A stretch of 64,000 nt of DNA, taken from Schmidtea polychroa. Its lineage: Eukaryota. The stretch is from assembly GCA_044892525.1 (NCBI GenBank), contig CM097885.1, positions 51,400,001 to 51,464,000 on the forward strand. The letters run 5' to 3'. This document shows, in pieces, positions 1 to 13,169 of this stretch (the first letter of the stretch is position 1; the number at the start of each line of letters is the position of its first letter). Below the pieces are notes generated by a model. The model had not been told where the DNA came from. It worked only from the letters and a program-made list of their open reading frames with translations, and ran no database searches. Made by a program: the position numbers and the translations under genes.

Positions 1-720
1 TTGTTGAATTATTATTAAAATTTGTCTTTGAAAAATATTTCATAAAAATTTTCATTAAAAATTATCTTAAAAATTTCCATCTAAAATTATCATTGAAAAA
101 TATTTCTTAAAAATTTCCATTAAAAATTAACTTAAAAAATTATTCCATAAAAATTTCCATTAAAAATTACCATTGAAAAATATTTCATTAAAATTTTCAT
201 TAAAAAATTTCAATTCTCAAACACCTTCTATTATTTCAACTTTTTGTTAATAAATTTTAAAATCTTACTTTAATTTACTTATTTAAAATTTTTTACCATT
301 GATTACTTATTTAAAAAATTATTACTTTAATTTACTTATTTAACTTTAATTTTAATTTTTTACTTTGATTACTTAATTTTAAAATTTCGACCATTATTTA
401 CTGTAATTTAATTTTTAAGAACCTTAATTTACTTTAATTTAAAAATTTGGACCATTATTTACTTTAATTCAAAAATTTGGACCATAATTTACTTTAATTT
501 AAAAATTTGGACCATAATTTACTTTAATTTAATTTTTAGAACCATAATTTACTGTAATTTAATTTTTTAGGACCATTATTTACTTTAATTTAATTTTTAG
601 GACCATAATTTACTGTAATTGAAAAATTTGAACCATAATTTACTGTAATTTTTAGGACCATTATTTACTGTAATTTAATTTTTAGAACCATTATTTACTT
701 TAATTGAAAAATTTACCACG
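1..720. repeat. Degenerate AT-rich tandem repeats (TAAAAATTTCCATT-type at 1-210; ~30-bp GACCATAATTTACTTTAATTT-type at ~390-720)
   Basis: Repeating units are visible directly and grade into the minisatellite that follows (shared GGACCAT core). Confidence 0.8.
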
Positions 721-734
721 TTTTTTACTGTAGA

Positions 735-2097
735 CCACCTATTTCTCAGGACCAAGGAGACCTACCTCACTATAGTCTGAAAAATCCTTGGCTTTTTTAG
801 TGTAGACCAGCTTTTTGTATTGAAAATATCCTGAGACCTTAAATTACCATGCTTTTATATTGATAGTCGGATTTTTGTATTGAAAAAATTTTATTTGTAT
901 TGAAAATTCCAGGACCATCGTTTTTGTATAGAAAAAATTTTATTTGTATTGAAAATCCCAGGACCATCGAGACCCCCTCACTATAGTATGAAAAATCCTT
1001 GGCTTTTTTAGTGGTAGTCGGATTTTTGTATTGAAAATATCCTGAGACCTTAAATTACCATGCTTTTTTAGTGTAGACCAGCTTTTTGTATTGAAAATCC
1101 CAGGACCATCGTTTTTGTATTGAAAAATTTTTTTTGTATTGAAAATCCCAGGACCATCGTTTTTGTATAGAAAAATTTTTTTTTGTATTGAAAATCCCAG
1201 GACCATCGAGACCCCCTTCACTATAGCGTGAATAATCCATGCTTTTTTATTGGTAGTCGGATTTTTGTATAGAAAAATTTTTTTTTGTATTGAAAATCCC
1301 AGGACCATCGTTTTTGTATAGAAAAATTTTTTTTGTATTGAAAATCCCAGGACCAAGAGACCCACCTCACTATAGTCTGAAAAATCCATGCTTTTTTTGT
1401 GAGACCGCCTTTTTGTATTGAAAAAATTTTATTTGTATTGAAAATCGCAGGACCATCGTTTTTGTATAGAAAAAATTTTTTTGTATTGAAAATCCCAGGA
1501 CCATCGTTTTTGTATAGAAAAAATTTTTTTGTATTGAAAATTCTAGGACCATCGTTTTTGTATAGAAAAATTTTTTTTGTATTGAAAATCCCAGGACCAT
1601 CGTTTTTGTATAGAAAAATTTTCTTTGTATTGAAAATCCCAGGACCATCGTTTTTGTATAGAAAAATTTTCTTTGTATTGAAAATCCCAGGACCATCGAG
1701 ACCCCCTCACTATAGTCTGAAAATTCCATGCTTTTTTAGTGAGACCGCCTTTTTGTATTGAAAATCCCAGGACCATCGTTTTTGTATAGAAAAAATTTTT
1801 TTGTATTGAAAATTCCAGGACCATCGTTTTTGAATAGAAAAATTTTTTTTGTATTGAAAATCCCAGGACCATCGTTTTTGTATAGAAAAATTTTTTTTGT
1901 ATTGAAAATCCCAGGACCATCGAGACCCCCTCACTATAGTCTGAAAATTCCATGCTTTTTTAGTGAGACCGCCTTTTTGTATTGAAAAAATTTTATTTGT
2001 ATTGAAAATCCCAGGACCATCGTTTTTGTATTGAAAAAATTTTTTTGTATTGAAAATCCCAGGACCATCGAGACCCCCTCACTATAGTCTGAAAAAT
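735..2097. repeat. Complex minisatellite: 48-bp unit GTATTGAAAATCCCAGGACCATCGTTTTTGTATAGAAAAATTTTTTTT interspersed with a GAGACCCCCTCACTATAGTCTGAAAA unit
   Basis: Many near-identical copies; the ORF track shows a 16-aa periodicity (MVLGFSIQKKFFYTKT). Confidence 0.95.
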
Positions 2098-3529
2098 TGC
2101 GTAATCAAAAGTTGCAGCAAAAAAATTACGGCAGAGAACCCCCCCCCCCCCCCCCGGGGGGGGTCATTGCTGCCGTGGGCTACTATCTACCTACTATTAT
2201 GCATTGACACCTTATTTAGGTTTTGTTAAGAGTTTGATTAATTTTTATAAATTTTTGAAGAATTGTCAATAAATAATTAAATTTTGATTAAGACTTTGGT
2301 TTGAAAACTTCATGAAAAATAAATAATATGTCCTACAATATCCACAGGAAAAAAACTAGAAAAAAATAATAACCTCATAACAATAAACAAAAGCTTCTTT
2401 ATTGAAATATCGCAAAATACTCGGTTCCCTGATCCAACAAGCTGTTATCTTAACTGCAAGCATGATGTAGTTCTTATTATTCAACCTCGGCGCTAAAACT
2501 TTAGATACTTCCTTTGATAAACTAAGGTCTCATACTAAGTCACAAAATAAATAATATAAGATAATAATATAAATACATATATTATAATATCTTTACTATT
2601 TAGAACTGGTCGCCTTGTTGATTCCAAATTAGAATACTTCATCTTGGCTTTCTAAACCGATTATAACCCATAACACCTACCTAACAAAAATAACAATCGT
2701 TATGATGATTTTGCTGCTCTCTTCATATTCTGGGCAGCCTAAACATAAAAATATGTACTCGTCCTGGTTGTCCACTGCCGTAGGCATTCTTTGAATACCT
2801 TGCAAACTTTATGGGAGGGGAGGGGGCAGCACATGTCTTACTAACCAAGATGAATATCAAAATATGCATGATCTGATTGTTCTATAAAATCAGTTATATT
2901 ATTCATGTTCTGTTCAGCAGTACTAAATGAATGTACAAAATTATAATTATTTTTGAAAACAATCCTAAGGAAATTTATTATATGTTATAAAATAAACAGT
3001 AGAAAAATCCTTTAATATTGACAACCGTTCTTACTAGGTCAAATATCAGAAATGAGGGAATGAAAAAGAGGGAGGAGTAATATAAAATAAATAATATAAC
3101 GGAAAAATTAATTTATCAAATAAATTTTGACCCATAAATTCAGATACTAATTAAAAAGGCAAATCTTTAAATTGAACAAATTCGATATTTGATATTGCAA
3201 ATCTGTGGGTAAGTCGTTGTAATTTGGAACAAAAGTTGAATTCCCAGTTCTCGGAAATTGACCCAAATGTGTATCAGTGAGTCTTGATCGGTACTTTGAT
3301 TTTAAATATTTCATATTGAAAAACAAACATTCACAAGCATATGTCGACGTGCGAAAAATGAGAAGGGAGAGCAGAATAGAAGCAATAAACCATTTAGAAA
3401 TTAAATTGGAGAAATATACAAAGCTTTATTTGACATTATTGAAAATGTAAAAGAGGATCTCTTTTCTTGTAACCAAAAAAAATCACTGACATTTAAATAA
3501 ATCATACAAATTTCTATGATTCATCATTA

Positions 3530-4310
3530 TTTGGGTTGATATTTTATACAAAGTTAACGCCGTTAGCAATTTAATGCAGAATCCGAAATTCAACAAAAAA
3601 ACGGCTGTTGAATCTTTAAAGAACCTGATAGAATATTTCATAGAATTCAATGAGGTTTCATGAGGTGCTGATTTCAGTTATAGAAATGGCTGATGTAGTA
3701 GAAGCTGATCCTTCATTCAGGTATGCAAATATAGTTCGAAGATCAAATAAGCGCGCTCTTGATGATGTGAATGAAAGGCAATCTGCTACTAAACTGCTAG
3801 AACTTTGGATTCTACTATATTTCATCGAAAGAAAGCTCCACAACTTAAAATGAAGACTATCAGATATTCAGTATGTTTCATGGTATAACAAAACTCGATT
3901 ATTAGAAGGACGATGAGCTTTAATGTAAGAAACTCGATCGTAAACTGACTGATAAAAGACATAGTGAGACAAATTTAGATGGTGGATCATATTTTGAAGA
4001 ACTTCAAATATTAAAACTCTACTTAAAACATGTAATGGAAACAAGTAAAAAATTCGACTATATCCTCTAAAATAATGTAATGTTTTCAGTGACATACGCA
4101 TTTTTCTGACATTATCTGTATCTGTAGCTTTGAGAGAAAGAAAATTTTCAAAATTAAAAATTATTATAAACCATTTATTGTTGACAATGTGACAAGAAAG
4201 ACAAACAAATTCAGTAATAATATCCATAAAGTATAAACTTTTTAACAAGTTGAATGAAAAACACATAATAAAAATATTATCTGCTTGTAAGACTAGAAAA
4301 GTGAAGTGCC
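3530..4310 (+). pseudogene. Degenerate hAT transposase (C-terminal half including dimerisation domain)
   Basis: Hand translation gives WVDILYKVNAVSNLMQ (~3532) and FLTLSVSVALRERKFSKLKII..QER (~4103-4200), resembling the hAT LTxPVxxASxERSFSxLKxIK motif; stops and frameshifts present. Confidence 0.75.
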
Positions 4311-4699
4311 TTGAATAGCATCATTTTTTTGTTAATGAGTGCAAATGGAATATCCTAATGTAATAGCTAATTATTCTATTTATAAAATTTTAGCAAAAAA
4401 CTACTGTAAAAACTACTAAAAAAATAAAATGTACTATTATAAATAATTATTACATTAGAGTAGATATATATGAGCCCGTAACACCGAGCGCGTTAACATA
4501 ATTCACATTGTCAAATAATTCAAGGTTTGGTGTATTCTAAAATTTATTTTATGACATTACTGTTCAAGTATTTATTTCTTTAAGATCGAAGACTATTATG
4601 TAATAATCAACATAAAATATGAGACATGTTTCAGACATACAATAACATACACACATTGATCAAACCATTTTAGTAGTCTTTGTCATTTAATGTATATTC

Positions 4700-5590
4700 T
4701 ATTTGTGGTGGTGCATCTTCCAGTTTTTGTACAACTTATCATTAATACAACACTGTATCCAATCTTATATTGTTTGAAATTGTCTTTCCATCTGACCATT
4801 TATCTGGTGATGATATGAGCTTGAGAAATTTAAATTGATATTATGTTCAGTTGCCAGTAATTTAAATTCATTTGATTCACAACATTTCCCTCTATCCATG
4901 TAAATTACTTTCGGTGAACCAAATTTTAATATCCATTTATTTAATAGAATGTTACATACTGTCCTCTCATTCTGGGCTTTAACAGCTTCTAAAGCAACAT
5001 ATTTACTGAATTGGTTAATCGTGGCCATAATATACTTTCCCGCATTAAATGTTATCTTAAGTGGATCACAGAAATCTATGAAAATACTTTTAAATGGTTA
5101 ATTTGACGATAATCTATGAACTATTTCAAGGGTTTTTGATGTTGAAACTTTTTTTTCTGACAAATTTCACAAACATTCATCACAATTTTAGAGATTTAAT
5201 CTACTAACGGAACAAAATATATATTTCTAATGTAATCTTTAGTCTTTTTAATATCCGCATGACAATGTTTTTTGTGAATTTCTTCTATAAATGTTTTACT
5301 CTTTCCTTTCGGAATATAGATCTTATTTTCATATTTGATCTGATTATCAGTTAGCAAATATTTGGTTGGTTCCCCCATTAATATTGTATTTTTATCTATC
5401 CTATTTTATAGTCCTTATTTTGCCACTTTAATATGCCTCCACTGTCGGTGATTTCCGAAATTCGAGTTCTCATTTTCTCCACTTTTGCATCTGTATTGTT
5501 GAAGTTACACTGTAATATCCATTCTAGATAAAGCATTTGCATTTGAATATAATTAGCCTTTACGATATTCTAGTTTAATATTTAAACTAC
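4700..5590 (-). pseudogene. Ty3/Gypsy pol relic (end of RNase H, integrase Zn-binding region, integrase core)
   Basis: EYRKG*..NANALSR (~5520-5575); IYIPK..IEEIHKKHCH (5196-5378); FSKYV..KFGSPKVIYMDRG..SSYHHQINGQMER (4765-5028). Confidence 0.8.
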
Positions 5591-6381
5591 TCAAAAAAGT
5601 TGATCCAATTTTGAAATTGGGCTGTTATTGGTTTCTTTGTTGTCATCATAAATGTGATAGCTTTGTGAGCAGTGCGTAATGTAAATTTTCTTACATAAAG
5701 GTAGTATTTGAAATGTTGTGTAAAGTGAAATACAAATAACAAAAAAGATGATTATTATGCAATAACCAATCTCGTGAGTATTCAAACTTTTTGAACTATA
5801 AGCTGTAATGCTTTCATTATTGAAACTATTTCTTTGTAAGAGTAAAAATAATTAATTATCTAAAATTAAATTTTATTATTTATTTATAATATAACAAATA
5901 AAATTAATTTAATATTATAAATTTATTTTCATTTTTACAAAAGATGAAAATTATAGAAAAACCAAAAATTTGTGTTCTGTAAAATTAATTTTTGATTTTT
6001 TATCAAAATAAAAATAAATGAAATACCATCAAAAACATATTAAAGGTGACCAAAAATTAAAGAATTTTAACGATATTATAAATTTACTCAATTTCTCATC
6101 TTGTTATCGATTAAAACAAAAGTTTCTTCTAAAATAAAAATAAATAAATAAGAAAGGAATTTTACTTATGTATTGGTATTTATGCCTAAAAATATCTACA
6201 ATACATGAATATGATTATTATTGTTTTAATAATAAATAGTTTACTTAAAAATAATAATAAAACCTTATGCTACTGTTACTTATAAGTAAACTAATTTTTA
6301 GAATTAAAACACTAAAAATTATATAATAAATAACCAATTTCATGTTCACAAATAATTTCGAAAAAATCAGAATCTAATAAA

Positions 6382-6383
<2 letters not shown>

Positions 6384-6470
<87 letters not shown>
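6384..6470. repeat. (TA)n microsatellite
   Basis: Direct. Confidence 0.99.
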
Positions 6471-6475
<5 letters not shown>

Positions 6476-7915
6476 TTTAGTATTAAATGAAACTTTGCCT
6501 GTTATTTAATTTATCAGTATTTTTTTAAAAGATATATTTCAAATGATCAGTTTCATTTGATTAGTGTATAAATAAATTGATTAGTAAATTAATAAAATTT
6601 ATTAAGATAAAAAGTATTTTATTTAAAATTTGATCGAATTTGATCAGTAATTTTTTAGGATTTTTATTTAGTAATTTTATTGATAATTTTAATTTAATAA
6701 TTTTTTAATAATTTAATAATTTAATAATAATTAATTTAATAATCATTAAATAATTAAACAATTACATCGGCTTCAGTAAGTATTACAGTAGCACAGTCAA
6801 AAGATGATGTTGAAGAACAAAAAGATAACGTCAATATACATTAATGAGAGCACATCAATATAAAGAAGATGACTTTTATCAACCATGAAAACAAATCGAG
6901 TTTTCATTATAAAACTAACACTTTCATTTGGAATAAGGTTATCTAGATGTATAAAAGCTAATTTAAGATATCAACAATGTGCATAATTCCTGATAATGAA
7001 GATAAAGTTTTTGTTGCATCATATTCTATCATATTCCGATGCAATTCGTCAACTTTGCAATTACAAACTGAAATATTTTTTAAAAAAACATTTGTTTTAG
7101 TTATCCTATTTATTACTTATGAAATTCCATGATAAATATAAACTTAAATTATCACAAACTTAGATTTTTAAAATTATTTAATTATATAAAAATGACAAAT
7201 ATGCCAAATATCAGTGATGGGTAACGGATATGAAGATTATGAAGATAATGAAAAAAAAGTTTCACATCTTTTTTTCTACAAAAGACTTTAAAAATAGCAA
7301 CTGTCAAATAGCGACTGCTGATTCCATTACAGAGATTCGTTGGAATATTTTTAATTTGGTGTATGGATTAAAAAAAGAAAAAAAATGCTCATTCCGTGCA
7401 GTTTATTATTAGTTAGCTAACACCGGAAGACAAAAAATACCAATAGGAGGGAAACTAAAAAACCACAGACCAAAAAAGGACAGAAAATCTCTGATTGTTA
7501 AAGGAATGAACTTTTTTTTATTAAAATTTTTTTTATTAAAATTTGAGAATTTCTTTGATCATTCTAATTAAAATACTGATAGCTTAATTTAAAATATTGA
7601 CCATTTCTAGTTAAATACTAATCAAAACAATTAAATTTACTAATCATTTTACTAATTAATCATTAATCGGTTTTGTGGAATTCAGAACATGCATTGATTG
7701 TTTTACTCCATTTACTTGCAATATCTATAATTAAATTTTTATTATTTATTTATAATATAATAAATAAAATAATTTAAATATTATAAATTTTATTTTATTT
7801 TGGCAAAAATGATTAAAGAAAAGTCAAAAATTTTATTATTTGAAAAATTTAATGTGGAGAATCGATATAACTTCTTTGTCTCAAATTTCTAGGTATTTAG
7901 TAAAATTAATTAAAA

Positions 7916-8338
7916 TTAAAAAATTAAAATGATTAAACTCAAAAATAATCCAAAAGATATACAAAGAAATATAAAAATTAAATTCTTTATGCAATTCATA
8001 ATTTTAATCAGAGATTGGTTAGAAAATTCATTTCCTTTGGTTTCTTTCATTTTTGGTAATAATTTTTTTTTCATTTTTTTTATTATTTTCTTATTTAAAT
8101 TTGGACTATTTTCATTACAATTTGGACAACTGAAACACAATTTATTAGTCCCAAATATTAGTATATCTTTCATACAGAACGTGCAGTAATTCATCGAAGA
8201 ATCATTCTTTTTTTCTTTATAATCTGAATTATATTCGTTACAATTTGGACAACTAAAACAAATTTTTTTAGTTCCAAATAATTTTCTGTCTTTTAGACAA
8301 ATTATACATTTGAGCTGCGATTTTTTCTGATATTCCAT
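7916..8338 (-). CDS. Orphan 140-aa protein: two tandem CxxC-x12-CxxCxxC repeats, basic linker, C-terminal hydrophobic anchor
   Basis: Internal duplication CIICLKDRKLFGTKKICFSCPNCNE / CTFCMKDILIFGTNKLCFSCPNCNE with all Cys conserved; open frame in very AT-rich DNA. Confidence 0.55.
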   Translation of the reverse strand: MEYQKKSQLKCIICLKDRKLFGTKKICFSCPNCNEYNSDYKEKKNDSSMNYCTFCMKDILIFGTNKLCFSCPNCNENSPNLNKKIIKKMKKKLLPKMKETKGNEFSNQSLIKIMNCIKNLIFIFLCISFGLFLSLIILIF

Positions 8339-9546
8339 ATTTTAATTGTTTAATTCTAAAATAAATAAATAAAATATTAAAAACAATTTAATTTATTTTT
8401 CTTCAAACTGATTGGTTAAATAATTTTTAAATGAATATTTATAAAATTGAATTATTGAGGTTATGGAAATAATTTCAGATAAGACTCAAATACAAAAATT
8501 CGAGTGCAAAATAATTAAAATTTAAATGCAAAAATTAATTAAAAATTTGAAAAATAAATAATTTTCGATCGGAAAAGCTGAAAAGCAATATCATAATTAT
8601 AAATTGATGGAGAGGTCTCTAGAGTCTAGAGACCTCTCTCAAGTGTGGCCACGGTGGCTGCATGTGACCACCAACAAACGTTTCATAGTAAATATTGATA
8701 TTTTTAAAAAATTTTTTATTTTTTAATTTTAAATTTATTGAATTCACAAGATTTTTCCAAAATATTGCCTAGTTGTTTAAATTTTCTAATAGCGTTATTT
8801 TATTTGCGAGATATTATTCAAACATATTCAGTTAAGAGAGTAAGTAAAGTTTTGACTGTTTTTTTAATAATATTTGGAAGCATGTGTATATTATTGTATT
8901 TTGTATTTTTCTAATTATAAAGGTAAATTGATATAACCCTGACAAAATGGATATAAGATTTTTTTTTATCATAAAAGAAAAAAAAGGATGAAAGTGGAGT
9001 AATTGAACTTGATTAGTGCCAGTTTGTCCTACATAATTGAAGAGTGATATTTATGAAAAGTATTTAAAGTACTTAGTTATCAATTTAATTGAAGTGCGTA
9101 AACAAATGTTGGTTCAAAGTAAATTTGTAATTACAAAAAATTTTAAAAAAAAATTAAATTTAGATATTGTTATCGAAATAATATTTTCATAAAGAAGCGG
9201 TTTTATGTACCATGTCGGTAACACCAAGTTGCTCCGGACCAATATCGAAATCGGTATCGAATTTAATGCATGAAAATCTTCCCTATACATACTATACATT
9301 CCCTTATATTTAGTTATGGCCAAGATCTCTTCAGATCGCAACGATCGCCATTCAATTCTTCCAAATAACTTCAATCGACAGCGTTGTAGTTTCAATAGAC
9401 AATCTGCTTCGCGCATGTTTCTTGTTAGATCCGATCTTCAACAAAACCGCAACCATCTGGAGAAATCTGAACATTATTTGTATTATTCTGCAAACTATAA
9501 TGTATCAATTGGTGATTATATTTTAAATTTATCTATTAGTCTTATG

Positions 9547-9549
<3 letters not shown>

Positions 9550-9636
<87 letters not shown>
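9550..9636. repeat. (TA)n microsatellite
   Basis: Direct. Confidence 0.99.
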
Positions 9637-9639
<3 letters not shown>

Positions 9640-12600
9640 ATATTTTATATAAATATATCTTAATTATTATGGTTGTTGACAACACAGCAAGTTGTCTACA
9701 AACAATTTAATGGCCACACGTGAATCATTAAAAATACCACACATCCAAAACTTTTTCATAAAATGGTTAAAGTTTAAATAGAGAGCTTAGCCATATCGAA
9801 TAGCTTGCGTTAGTGAGGATAGCATGAAATATATTATTTTAAAGTGAAATTCAACTTTAAAGCAGTTCAGTCCTAATTTCTCGGATGGTATCTTTGTGCG
9901 ACTAATATTTTGATCAAGAGCTTTTACCAATGGTCAGAATCTGCAGTTTTTCTAGTAGTAAGCAAAATAAAGTATCCTCACTTTCGAAGGTTTCAATCCA
10001 TTTAATATTTCTTGTTAGTGAGTGAACAATTTAGCGTTTCTAAATGGTGATTCGCCAAACGAAATGTCTCTGTGAACGTTTGCTACTAAAAATCGGTTAT
10101 GATATTAGTGAAAAAGTCAATTGTCATGTTTTAAAAGGTTGGCAATATTTATATAATGTTTAAGGTAACGAATTCTTATTTATAAACAAAAAGATTAAAA
10201 GGGATAAACATTGTTGTATTGATGGGGCCGCATCTATGAAAAATTTGATGAAAATGTTTGTAAGTTATCCTTATCAAAAGTTTCTAGCACAGAGAAAAGG
10301 GTGGATGTAAATTTTATTAATGAAATTATTTTGATAATATATATTAGATTTAAGTCAGCCCCATGAAATCAAAAATATTTGAAAAATGTAGTAAAGATAT
10401 GAGATCAGACCCACCAACATACAATCCTGTCTTTGAACTGGAAGTCAAATTCTGATTTTTGATTCTATATCACTTGACACAACAATTCTTCGGTGAAGTG
10501 TATCATTTGACGTTTTAGAGATTTGGATAAGCATAATTGAAATAATTCCTTTCCCAAATGTTTTTTCAATTTATTCTTCATTTATTCTGTAAACTCTCCT
10601 AACATAAAATACAAGGTTTTATGAAAATATAAGACATATAATTTTTATTAGAGCGTAGTTTATTGTTTTTATACACATTTTGATTGTTGTTAGTAATTCT
10701 TAAATTGTTTTTTAAATATGTATTTCCTTTAATTTTAAAAATTTATATAAAATTCCTTCCGTCAGAAAATGTGATAAATATTTACAATTTTAATTATTAA
10801 TAATTAGAATGATTTTATTTATGATATAGTTACAAATATCTAGAAAAGCAAAGAATAATACAAAAGTTTTAATTTAACAACGACGTGACTGCCTCTACAA
10901 CTTATATGGAACATGATATTAATAACAATATTAATAGTGACATTCTGTAATTTGTCACCTTTTTATGCTGCAACAATTCTTGGACTATTTCATTACACAG
11001 TTTAAAGGTCAGTGGCTTTGATTTGAAACTTCTTTCTTTCAATTTAACATAATTTTGATCAAAATTCGCCGTTTTGTTACAACAGCGGGAGTCACTTAAT
11101 TTGTCTAAAATACGTGATTTTTTTTTGGTGAATTATTTTTGATATGTGCCAAACTATTTCTGTGTTGCCTAACAACTACTTACTTAGAAATAAAAACAAT
11201 AAAACGCCAACATGATATTACTTTCGTTAATCCCTTTTTTTTCTTAAAATTAAAATAAAATATAATTTTCTTCTTTGTGTCGAGAGTTTTCAAAAACTTG
11301 TTCATGATATTAGAATATTAAATTTCAATAATTAAATATGTAATAATAAACAAAATTTTAATTTAATAGTTATTTTAAGTGAATTTTAAATATTTTATTA
11401 TATTTATTATTTTAAAGATTTTTGCGACAAACTATCATGCTGGTTGAAAAATCTTTAATATAAAATTAAATATTTAAATTTTATTCAAAAATATATGAAT
11501 AATTACAGAATTTCAAAATTTTTATTAATAATATATGTTAATTGCTTAAAGTTGTCCTTTAAATTTTAAATATTTTACAAAGAAATTATGTAAATTACAA
11601 GATTGTTTTGTTTCCTCAAATAGCCCTGTACAATTATTCTAATTTAGAAATACTTATTATTACAACCAAATGATTTTACTTTTTAACAGTAAATATGATG
11701 TTCAATCACATTGCTGTAGAAATAAAAGTAAAATATTAAAAGATAATTTATACAATAGTGTGATTTGATTCGATTTGAATTAATCTCTACATTTCTCTTA
11801 CTCTAAATCTCCCATAAAATTTTAACGTGTCATTTAGATCTTAAATTTTAGAACATAAAAAATGATATATTAAAAAGTGAATAATATAATTAATATAAAT
11901 AATATAATTAAAATTTATAATAAAAAGCATATCAAAATTAATTTTATTATACTATAAAACATGTCAAAATTAAGTTTATTATATTAAAATTATTATTTAA
12001 ATTTCTAATAAAAAATTTATTTTAAAATTCGTTTTACACTCTATCGAAATAATTCCAAATAATTCTAAAAAACATTTCATAAAAAACCTGAAAATTAATT
12101 AAAAATAATTTATAATGCAAATGTTGACTAAAAGTAATATTTAAGAACTTGAATAATGATCTCATAATTACAAAAAATCAAAATTAAAGCCTTAAAATTT
12201 ACTTAAAATTAAAAATCCTTAAATGAAAGAATAAATAAATGAGGTTATAAGCTTCATTTTCTCATAAATGGTGAGTCACATACACTGGTTTACACACCAA
12301 CATGTATTATAGAAACTTTTATATTTTGGAATTAGGTGTATTTTCATTCTGAACCTGCCCTGACCCGACACACGTCTATTTCATATCAATTTTAATTATA
12401 CGTTCACTGTTCGAACTTACAACTAAGCAACCAACTCTATACACTACAACCAGGTACTACCAACTACTAAGTTAACGACCACTAAATTATGAATATAAAA
12501 CCAGCTAAATTATTGAAAAAACTTAATTAAATAAGTACAAATTCTTCTTACAAAGTTTTCTATTAAGAGTATTGGTAAAGAAAAAATTCACCAGACTCTC

Positions 12601-13109
12601 AAGTATATGTGCAAATCTAAATTTAAATTAACTAGTCTTTGAATAAACTTTTTTAAATAGTTTAATTAAGTATTTGATAATTACATTATGTAATTTACAT
12701 ATGGTGCTAAGAATGAATCATTAAAAAAATTTGATAGTACTTAGAATAAATTTCCAGATCTTCAATTGAAAATGATAAGACACATATTAAATTAATTAAA
12801 TATATGTGCTATGTTTTAGAATAAAATTGGTGTATAAAATAATACCTACAATATACAGTTGCATTTTACTAAAAAATCAACCACAATACTAAATGACAAT
12901 CAGCGCCGGCTCAACACTTGTGGCGCCCTGTACACATATAAATTTTTTCGCCCCCATATTATTTCTTAAACTTTTTAATAATAAAAATACTGGGAAAAAT
13001 GTATGAATATATTTATTTAAAATTTAAGATGTCAAATTTTTTTTACGGATGTCTAACATTAAAATAATATAAACATTACAAGCTTTGTGATACCCAGTGC
13101 AAATCCCAG

Positions 13110-13150
13110 TAGTAGACTAGTTTCGAGCTTTTATGCTCTCATCAGTACTA
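13110..13150 (-). ncRNA. Minimal type I hammerhead ribozyme (Penelope-associated type)
   Basis: Minus strand reads TAGTA-CTGATGA-GAGC(ATAAAA)GCTC-GAAA-CTAG-TC-TACTA: complete core, stem I TAGTA/TACTA, stem II GAGC/GCTC, palindromic mini stem III, GUC cleavage triplet. Confidence 0.85.
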
Positions 13151-13169
13151 TGCGCAGGAGACGCGAAGA

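Noticed and set aside
1700..1718. CTCACTATAG resembling the T7 promoter core (vector contamination)
   Set aside because: The upstream TAATACGA is absent and the motif is an integral part of the natural repeat unit
735..2097. CRISPR-like appearance of repeat/spacer alternation, and the ORFs called at 940-1985
   Set aside because: The intervening segments are themselves repeated, there are no cas genes, and the context is eukaryotic; the ORFs are by-products of a 48-bp unit
9114..9663. ORFs 9114-9416 and 9316-9663
   Set aside because: No recognisable motifs and one runs into (TA)n; could hide a host exon, but I cannot support it
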